Assembly (NCBI GenBank): GCA_009914755.4
Contig: CP068257.2
Coordinates: 30,784,001 to 30,848,000, forward strand
From: the human T2T-CHM13v2.0 reference genome, Homo sapiens
Direction of reading: 5' to 3'
Length of the DNA stretch: 64,000 nucleotides
Of the stretch, positions 53,680 to 64,000 are shown one piece after another. The notes beneath the pieces are model-generated. The model did no database searches and was not told the origin of the DNA. It was given only the letters and a program-made list of their open reading frames with translations. Both the position numbers and the translations under genes were made by a program. Position 1 is the first letter of the stretch. Every line of letters begins with the position of its first letter.

Positions 53680-53832
53680 ATGAATTAAAAAACAAAACCG
53701 TGTGTGAAGACCAGGAGCTGAAACTGCACTGCCATGAATCCAAGTTCCTCAACATCTACTCTGCGACCTACGGCAGGAGGACCCAGGAAAGGGACATCTG
53801 CTCCTCCAAGGCAGAGCGGCTCCCCCCTTTCG
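53680..53832 (+). CDS. EVA1C: Internal coding exon (probably exon 4). It encodes the start of SUEL lectin domain 2. The peptide is (N)ELKNKTVCEDQELKLHCHESKFLNIYSATYGRRTQERDICSSKAERLPPF(D).
   Basis: The acceptor is ttttgcttcAG|atgaat and the donor is ttcg|GTATGTG. The exon is 153 bp and is phase-compatible with exon 3 (the codon cct a|at gives P-N). It carries the lectin motif C..L.L.C....I.I..A.YGR....C. A second lectin domain points to EVA1C. Confidence 0.8.
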
Positions 53833-53860
53833 GTATGTGCTTTTGTGTGTGTATTAGCCA

Positions 53861-54870
<1,010 letters not shown>

Positions 54871-55774
54871 CACAGTAGGGTTATACACAGGGCGCCGTCT
54901 GAGTGGATTAGGGCCCTGGCTCCCCAAGAAAGGAAGCTATGCCAGCGGGCAGTGCCTGGATTAAAGGGAAAGTCAAGGGCAGGGAGGAACCGCCACACCA
55001 TGCACAGGCTCTTTCTCCTCCACATTCCTGAATCCCTCAGTTGTTCCGTCATTCCACACTGAGTAGTTATTGAGCACCTGCTGTATGCTGGGCCCTGTTC
55101 TAAGCATGGGGGAGTCATCAATGGCACAACACAAAGTCTACACCCTCGTGGAGCTGACGTTCCAGCAGTGGATGGGGAAGTGGTGAGAAATCAGATAATG
55201 AATGGGTGCATATGTCATATGTCAGGTGCAGATGGGATAAGTGCTAAGGAGAAAAATCCATGGGGAAGGGCAGGTGGAGAAGGCCAGGGGTTCCTGCAAA
55301 GAGGTGCAATTTTAGGGAGTGATGGGCATGCTGGGCTTGGAGGAGGTGAGAAAGTGAGCCTGCAGCCAGTTGGGGACAAGTGTCCAGGTAGAGAGAAGAG
55401 TGGACGCAACGCCCTGAGGCTGGACTGTAGCTGGGTATTCAGTGCTAAGAAGGGCTCTGCAAGTCATTCTTCTTAGAGGTGATGGCCATGGTAGGACTAA
55501 GAGCTTCACTCATCAAGCCCTCCTATATGATTCAGAGAAACAGAACCGATAGGATACGCAGGTGCTTGTATCTATGGAGAGATTTTAAAGAATTAGTTCA
55601 CAGGGTGGTAGGGGCTGGCAAGTCTGAAACCTGTAAGGCAGGCCGGCAGGCTGGAGACCCAGGAAAGAGTTGAGGCTGCAGTTTTACATCTGAATTCTGC
55701 AGGACAGCAGGCTGGAAACTCACGCAGAACTTCTGTGTTGCAGCCTTGAGGAAGATTCCTTTTTAGGGAAACCT

Positions 55775-55975
55775 CGGTCTTCGCTTCTAAGGCCTTCATC
55801 TGATGAGATGAGGCCCATCCACGTGGTGGAGTTCATCTGCTTGACTCAAAGTCTACTGCTTTCAACATCAGTCACATCTTAACACTTTCACAGCAACATC
55901 TGGGCTGGTGTTTGGCCAGACAACTGGGAGCAATAGCCTAGTCAAATTGACATGTGAAATTAACCATCACACTCC
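55775..55975 (+). mobile_element. Second partial copy (3' end) of the same ancient LTR-like family.
   Basis: The segment ..gaggcccatccacgtggtggagttcatctgcttgactcaaagtc..caacatctgggc..cctagtcaaattgacatgtgaaattaaccatcacac parallels the 3' end of the 54.4-54.87 kb copy. Confidence 0.45.
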
Positions 55976-56561
55976 AATCTGTGCTGGTGAAAAAGCTTGA
56001 TCTCTCTCTGCTGTATTACCAGAGAGAACAGACCCAGCTGTGAAACAGCCCAAGGACCTGCGCTTATTGATCAAAATCTAAAATGAGCTCCTTAATATGT
56101 TAAATTGCTACAATGTATGTGTGGATCGCAGGTGAAATTCAACATTAATTTAAAAAAGAAATGCATGCCTAAGTAATACCTTGGACCTGAAAAAAAGAAA
56201 ATGAACAAAAAGTGAGCTAAGCGCACTTTAACTCAGGTGAGTCTCAAGAGAAAACAAAAAAAGCCATTTGGAACACGTGCCTCCCAAATGCGAAGCCCCG
56301 TATTCCGGGAAGGCCCTTGTGTCGAGAATGGTGGAGGGTCTGTTGGAGGGCAGCCCAGGCAGACTGCAAAAGCAGGCTGGTGTGGGCATACACTGCCCTT
56401 AACTCGATCTGGGCATGAGCATTCCTGTCCTGACAGGCTCAGCAGCCAAATGGGGCAGAGAGGCACGTGTGAGGTGGGTCCCCATTGTCCATTAATGACA
56501 CTACCCACTGTCCTGGTCCAGTAAGTTGACTTGTGAGCTCCTGAACCCCATCTTCCCTCTC

Positions 56562-56690
56562 TGATAACACCTGCGTGTGTTCATTTCTCTCTCTTAAATG
56601 TCTCCACTCCCTCCTCCTTTCTCCCTGCTACTGCCTTAGGGAAAGGGACCATTGCTGGGCCACTGTAGCCATCTCCTTACTCCCAGGCTT
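56562..56690 (+). repeat. Partial third copy (about 85-90% identical) of the 59206-59335 portion of the low-copy block.
   Basis: The segment aacacctgcgtgtgttcatttctctctcttaaatgtctccactccctcctcctttctccctgctactgccttagggaaagggaccattgctgggccactgtagcc. Confidence 0.65.
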
Positions 56691-56719
56691 GCCTTTCTCC
56701 CCACAGTGGCCTCAGCTAT

Positions 56720-57043
<324 letters not shown>

Positions 57044-57207
57044 AGGTAGCTTTCTTAAAGGCAAATCTGTCACTACCCTTCCTAACACCCTGCAGGGGCT
57101 CCCTGTATTATATGGTTCCTTAGCTGGATGAGGGACCCTTGGTGTTTTAACTTCTTCCTGCAAAAAGGGGCTTCACTTTTTTTTTCTTTAATTCTTAACC
57201 TTTATAA

Positions 57208-57910
<703 letters not shown>

Positions 57911-58154
57911 TCCATTTCTTAATATTGCAGAGAAGCACCTCATTTCCCAGGCTTACTAGTCTAACTTAGCCACATGTGTTTTAAGAAGCAGCAGTAAGTA
58001 ACATCCCTGTCAGTTGTTCTTTTCAGCAGAATTCAGTTGGCCAAGCAGGTAAATCTGTAAGCCGAATGGTTTGTGTTCACTTGGTCACTGCCTTTCATTC
58101 CTAGGAATGGTAGATGAAAGTTGGATTTAATTAATTAATTTATTTATTTATTTA

Positions 58155-58441
58155 TTTTTGAGACAGACTCTCGCTCTGTCGCCCACGCTGGAGTGCAATG
58201 GTGTGATCTCCGTTTACTGTAACCTCCACCTCCCGGGTTCAGGTGATTCTACTGCCTCAACCTCCTGAGTAGCTGGGACTACAGGCATGTGCCACCACAC
58301 CCAGCTAATTTTTGTATTTTTAGTAGAGATGGGGTTTTACCATGTTGGCCAGGCTGGTCTCGAACTCTTGACCTCAAGTGATCCACCCGCCTTGGCCTCC
58401 CCAAAGTGCTGGGATTACAGGTGTGAGCCACTGCGCCCGGC
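58155..58441 (-). mobile_element. Alu, full length, preceded by a (TTTA)n tail. TSD is GA(A/G)AGTTGGATTTAA.
   Basis: The segment tttttgagacagactctcgctctgtcgcccacgctggagtgcaatggtgtgatc..gattacaggtgtgagccactgcgcccggc. Flanked by a 15-bp duplication. Confidence 0.9.
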
Positions 58442-58456
58442 TGAGAGTTGGATTTA

Positions 58457-58716
<260 letters not shown>

Positions 58717-58904
58717 TCAGCCAGCAGTGTTAACGCCCTCAGAAACCCTGATGTAGAAAGGACTGTGAAGAAAAGTCTGTGACTCTGCTCTGTGCCCCTT
58801 GCTTGGCTGTTCAAGGTAAAAAGCTCCAGCTCACAGAGTGAAAGCCTGCTCGCCCTTCTCCCTCACAATCAAGCACTTGCGTCCATTGCCCTTGGTGTAC
58901 GTGC

Positions 58905-59365
58905 AAGGGTGAGGACCAGACTCTTCTCTGCATTTGTGGCCATAGCCAAAATGCCAGAGCCCTTCTTGCCCTGTGCTCTGCAGCACAAAGAAGCTCAAAG
59001 ACAAAAATCAAAGGGCCCTGAGGGTGCCCTGTTCATCAGGTCCTCAGCCTCACATGGAAGGCTCAGCTCTGACCTCACCATTCAGGTCAGTGCTAAGGGC
59101 AGAACCACGCATGCGTGTGGAAATACAAACCTTTGGCTCTCTGAGCTGGTGCATTTTCTCCATCTAATTGAATGCTATGAAATCATTTGCTTCTTGGCCC
59201 AGGAGCCAATAACACCTGCGTGTGTTCCAACAACACCTGTGTGTGTTCAGTTGGATGCTGTGCTCTTCTCTCTCTTAAATGTCTCCACCTTCTCCTCCCT
59301 TCTCCCTGCTACTGCCTTAGGGAAAGGGACCATTGTCGGGCCACTGTAGCTGTACATGAAGGCTT
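58905..59365 (+). repeat. Low-copy sequence block of unclassified family. It is the source or relative of the inverted insertion at 59741-59955 and of the partial copy at 56562-56690. It contains an internal direct duplication, aacacctg(c/t)gtgtgttc, twice.
   Basis: Similarity seen by eye and via six-frame ORFs: MPEPFLPCALQHKEAQRQKSKGPEGALFIRSSASHGRLSSDLTIQVSAKG (+) versus AKMPEPFLSCAPWHKKAERQKSKGPEDALFIWPSASHGRFSSDLTVQDSAKG (-). Also [30 protein letters not shown] versus [30 protein letters not shown] at 56575. Confidence 0.65.
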
Positions 59366-59675
59366 TAAACTGCACTCGGCCTGTTCTCCCCAGAGAATCA
59401 TCAGTTTACCCCTCGTGTCCAAACATGCTTTAATATCATCCACCTGAAAAAGCACACTGTTTTGACCTCCCGTCTCCTACCCGCTATCCGTCCCTCCCTT
59501 CAGTCCCATGGGCAGAGCATTTGCCGTCTGCAGAGAATTTGCAGACAGTCCCAGGGCGGTCCCATGGTGGCACCTCTCTAATCTGTCCACTTTGCTCCCA
59601 GCCTCCTCCGGGCATCTCTCCCCTGGACATCGAAGCTGCCTCCCCTCTTCGCTTAGCAGCCAGAGGGATTGTATT

Positions 59676-60197
59676 TATTTATTTCAAAAAAATTGTTGGA
59701 GACAGGGTCTCGCTCTGTCATCCAGGCTGGAATGCAGTGATGCACCAAGTGCAGCCTTCATGTATGGTCTATCTGAGCCAAGGAGAAAATGCCCTTAGCA
59801 CTGTCCTGAACGGTGAGGTCAGAGCTGAACCTTCCATGTGAGGCTGAGGGCCAGATGAACAGGGCATCCTCAGGACCCTTTGATTTTTGTCTTTCAGCCT
59901 TTTTGTGCCACGGAGCACAGGACAAGAAGGGCTCTGGCATTTTGGCTGTGGCCGTGAATGCAGTGAAGTATTCATCATAGCTCACTGCAAGCCTCCAACT
60001 CATGGGCTCAAGCAATTCTCTCACCTCAGCCTCCTGAGTAGCTGGGACTACAGGTGCATGCCACCATGCCTGGCATGGTGGAGATGAAGTCTTGCTATTT
60101 TGCCCAGGCTGGTCTTCAACTCCTGGCCTCAAGTGATCCTCCCGCCTCAGCCTCCTAAAGTGCTGGGATTGCAGGCGTGAGCCACTGAGCCCGACCA
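59676..60197 (-). mobile_element. AluJ-like element split by a 215-bp non-Alu insertion at 59741-59955.
   Basis: The 5' part is (tttatttatttcaaaaaaa)ttgttggagacagggtctcgctctgtcatccaggctggaatgcagtga. After the insert it resumes gaatgcagtgaagtattcatcatagctcactgcaagcctccaactcatgggctcaagcaattctc..ggattgcaggcgtgagccactgagcccgacc. Confidence 0.85.
59741..59955 (-). mobile_element. Inserted, internally deleted, inverted copy of the local low-copy sequence block at 58905-59365. It is flanked by an 11-bp direct duplication GAATGCAGTGA (59730-59740 and 59956-59966).
   Basis: The reverse complement of 59741-59955 aligns at about 90% identity to 58920-59093 (..gccaaaatgccagagcccttcttg.cctgtgctc..caaaaatcaaaggg.cctgagg.tgccctgttcatc..cctcagcctcacatggaagg.tcagctctgacctcacc.ttcagg.cagtgctaagggc), then to attttctcc and ..tacatgaaggct..ctgcact.gg near 59150 and 59340. 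The flanking Alu is continuous once the insert and one TSD copy are removed. Confidence 0.7.
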
Positions 60198-61323
60198 GGA
60201 TTTTATTTAAATTAAACCAGAGCACACCGCACCTCCGCTTAAAGCCCTCCACTCTGCACACTGTAATTGGAATACATCAGTCTTCAGCTGTGGTCCTGCT
60301 GCACACGCCTCTTCCCTCACTACCTCTGGAGCACTCCACCTTTATTCATACCCCTGGGCCTTTGCACAAGCTGTCCCTTTGACCTGGACTGTGCTCACCC
60401 CATATCTTGTGTGGCTGGCTTTGCCACACAAGACATCGACCCAGATGTCATCTCAGAGAGGTTTCTCCAGGCACCGGCCAGCATGGCACCTCGTCCCTGC
60501 AGTCCCTCTCTGGCGACCCTTTTGTTGGACTTTCTCCACAGCATGGAGATAGACCATGGTATGTGTGTGTGGTTCATCTCCCCAGGAGCTAAGCAGCTCT
60601 GCAGGGACTGGTCTGTGGAATTCCCAGCAACTTAAGCAGTGCCAGGCATAGAGTGGGTGCTCACGTGAATCTTGAGGCACAGGAATGAATCAGAGCCCCT
60701 CTGAAGTGAGGTGCCCACACTCGGCTCCCGAGGATGGATAATCGTCTGGTTACAGACTGGGAATGTAGGCCTGGTGTCACAGCTTCCAACCTCATGGGAT
60801 GCTGGAAATCTGGATTTTCTTTTTTTCTAAGTGAAATGTTCCAACTTCTAAAACATTGTGTGAGCCAAACAAAACATGCCTCCAGGGCGCACCTGGGCCA
60901 CAGGCTGCCAGTGCATGTGTGATCTCTGCTCTGTGCTCCCATTTACTACTGCAGCTCAGCCTCGCTGCTTTCAAGGGGAAAAGGGTCTTTATCCTTAACC
61001 CTAGAAGCTGGCAGGAGTTTGGTGGGATGATTATGTGAGAGCGAGGGGTTGGTTTCACTGCAGACCTCTGTAAGGGAGCTTTGTGGTGAGTCCTGGAACA
61101 TCTGGTTTGAGAGGATGATTTGTGTATTTTTCCTCTTGCCTATAAGTTAAAGTCTGGCAAAACCCCATTTGCTTTAGACTGGATACCCCCTTGGAACACA
61201 CGCGGTGAAACCCAGTGTCCACAGTGTCTCTCCATGGTCAGGGACCACTTTGGATTTTATAGCAGCTTAGTGTGGCTTTAGTGCTGAGATGCTGTAAAAG
61301 AGCATTTCCAGTTCTTCTAAAAT

Positions 61324-61351
61324 ATCATCATCATCATCATCATCATCATCA
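61324..61351. repeat. (ATC)9-10 trinucleotide STR.
   Basis: The segment atcatcatcatcatcatcatcatcatc. Confidence 0.95.
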
Positions 61352-61861
61352 TTTTTATTGTTCTGCACAAACACCATCATAATATTTAACAGAAATGAGA
61401 AAAGGATTCAGCCACAAATGTTACTCATCAGCTAAAAAGTTCTTACTTTTTTTTTTTTTTTTTTTGGATTTCTCTCCAAGTCGAGTATGAGCTGAGGACT
61501 GTTTTACGTAATGGCAGTTCTAAGCAGATCCATTTGCAGACTGCCTTATTTTCCTTTGCTTTATATCATGTGTGTTTTTCCACGTGGCCAAAAAAAATCC
61601 TAACAATGCCGAGCACTTCCTAATATCTTGTTAAAAAGACACATCAAATAATTTACGTAACTGTTCCCTGGTGGCCAGATATTTTTCATTTTTTCTGACT
61701 TTCAAGTATTGTAAATAATGTATAATGAGCTTGTGCTTGTAGCTTTCCCTTTCTTCCGGCTGACTTCCAGCTGACTTCCTTGGAATAAATTCCCGGAAGT
61801 TTTATACCAAAAGATGGCATGAGTATGTTTACAGTTCTTCACAGAGTTCTTTCTAAAAACT

Positions 61862-61862
<1 letters not shown>

Positions 61863-61916
<54 letters not shown>
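61863..61916. repeat. (TATC)13 tetranucleotide STR (GATA-type).
   Basis: The segment tatctatctatc.. repeats 13 times and ends ..tatata. Confidence 0.95.
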
Positions 61917-61917
<1 letters not shown>

Positions 61918-62346
61918 ATAAACAGGAATGTATAACTGTGGTTTCCCTGCAACGCTGGCAGCTTTATGTATGATTTTTCTGCATGCTTCCAATTTAAGAG
62001 GTATAAAATAGTCCTTCGATGTGGTTTTTATTTTGCCTTTCTTTGACTGTGAATGACCTTGGCCATTTCCTCATATTTTTGTGGTTATTGTATTTGCACT
62101 TGCACACCTTGTCTCTCTAGCTTTTGCCTCTTTTTTTTTTCCTGTTGGGATCTTTATTGATTTATTTTATGAGTTCTTGGCAGAGTAGGGATAGTAACCC
62201 TTGACATGCTTTTTCTGCTGTAATTATCCCCCTATCCTCGGGTTTTTTGTTTTGTTTTGTTTTGTTTTTTGGCAGTTTGGGTTTGTTATGTAGGGCTGGT
62301 TGCCTTTTTGATTCTGTGTATGTCATATATAGGGAAGTTCAAGAGG

Positions 62347-62650
<304 letters not shown>

Positions 62651-63681
62651 GTTCAAGAGGAAGAGGGTGGAGAAGTAGGGGCATGTGTGTGATCCCCCCA
62701 AGTTATCGGTGTGACTCCATCCTGCCCCATAAGCACCCCCAGGGCTGCCCGAGGCCTGGCTGCCAGTACTCCCGTATCCTGCACCGCAGTGGGACACACA
62801 CTCCTGAGCATTTCCATAGACTTGAGGGTCCCCCCATCTGCGTCAAGAAAGCCTCCGAGCTCTGGGTGCAGAGGAGGGAGAGCAGTGCTGCAGTGTTCTG
62901 TATATGAAGCCCTAAGCTGGTCCCAACTGAACTGCATCAGGGCAGGCACGGAGGAGGTCAGTGTCGGCCACACACCCCACTCTGCTATTGAACAGAGCTT
63001 CCCAACCGCCCCATCATCAAGCACATAGACAGTTACATCCATATGGAAAGGGGGTAAAGAGAGATGCCACTGAATGCTGGCATCAATGGCCTGGGGACAG
63101 GTGGGGCCTGAGGGGACACATCCCAGCAAGTCTGTGTCCACTCACAGGTGAGCTGGGAAGCTCTGCCCTGAAGACGCACTTGGCTTTAGCACATCAAGAT
63201 GACAGATACCAGGTTTCTCTTCAAGGCCCTTACATTTTCTCTAACATACCCCTCAAGGTCCCCCCAACTCGTGCTCACTGCCTGATCCCAAAGCCACCCC
63301 CACAGTTTGAGGATTTCATTACCCCGGCAACCCACTTCAAATATCAAAATGTGAATTCGTTTTCTAGTAAAATACCTCCAAGTTTAATGGCTTAAAACAA
63401 AATGTTTATTACTGTGGGACAGGAATTCAGGGATAGTGTAGTCTGGCAGTTCTTGCTCAGTCTCACGGGGTTTCAGGAAGTTGCAGCCCGGATGGTGGCT
63501 GGGGCTGCAGTCCCCTGAGGGCTGGACTTGCAAGGGGACTGGCTCATGGGTGGGTGGTTTGGTGCTGATTGTTGGTGGGAAACGTGAGTTTCTCCCCACA
63601 TGAGTCTCTTATGTGTCCTTACAACACGGCAGCTGGCTTCCCCCAGAGAAAGTGATGCAAAAGAACTGGTGGAGCCATACG

Positions 63682-64000
63682 CTCTCACCTCCCCCGTACG
63701 CCCTCACCTCCCCCGTACGCCCTCCCCTCCCCTCCCCCGTACGCCCTCACCTCCCCCGTACGCCCTCCCCTCCCCCGTACGCCCTCACCTCCCCCGTACG
63801 CCCTCCCCTCCCCTCCCCCGTACGCCCTCACCTCCCCCGTACGCCCTCCCCTCCCCCGTACGCCCTCACCTCCCCCGTACGCCCTCCCCTCCCCTCCCCC
63901 GTACGCCCTCCCCTCCCCCGTACGCCCTCCCCTCCCCCGTACGCCCTCACCTCCCCCGTACGCCCTCCCCTCCCCTCCCCCGTACGCCCTCCCCTCCCCC
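63682..64000. repeat. C-rich minisatellite with 20-bp and 25-bp units. The units are CCCCCGTACGCCCTCACCTC, CCCCCGTACGCCCTCCCCTC and the latter plus CCCTC. They are arranged in a higher-order roughly 85-bp pattern. The array is truncated by the window end.
   Basis: About 15 tandem units are visible. Each contains the palindromic CpG motif CGTACG. Confidence 0.9.

Noticed and set aside
63682-64000. A regularly spaced direct-repeat array that could superficially resemble a CRISPR array.
   Set aside because: This is primate nuclear DNA. The repeats are contiguous with no unique spacers, and the pattern is that of a minisatellite/VNTR.

Overview
This window is human (primate) genomic DNA and is mostly intronic. 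It contains three internal coding exons on the + strand: 39296-39492, 43581-43704 and 53680-53832. All three have canonical AG/GT splice boundaries and consistent phases (1→0, 0→1, 1→1). Together they encode the first SUEL-type (rhamnose/galactose-binding) lectin domain and the start of a second. That arrangement and the peptide sequences match EVA1C (protein eva-1 homolog C, chr21q22.11), so the window most likely covers part of EVA1C intron 1 through intron 4. This assignment is inferred from the sequence and from memory, not from a database search. No first exon or clear CpG-island promoter is visible in the window. About 40% of the sequence is interspersed repeats. These include roughly 45 Alu or Alu-derived elements (several AluY-like with intact target-site duplications, nested copies, tandem clusters and an inverted pair), MIR elements, an L1 ORF1 remnant, a THE1/MST-type MaLR LTR and several older LTR-like repeats, and one MADE1 mariner MITE hairpin. 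There are also many microsatellites and a C-rich minisatellite that runs off the 3' end of the window. No prokaryotic-type system and no novel protein-coding system is present. The most unusual structure is a low-copy ~460-bp sequence block at 58.9-59.4 kb. An inverted, internally deleted ~215-bp copy of it has been inserted into an AluJ about 400 bp downstream with an 11-bp target-site duplication, and a further partial copy lies 2.5 kb upstream.
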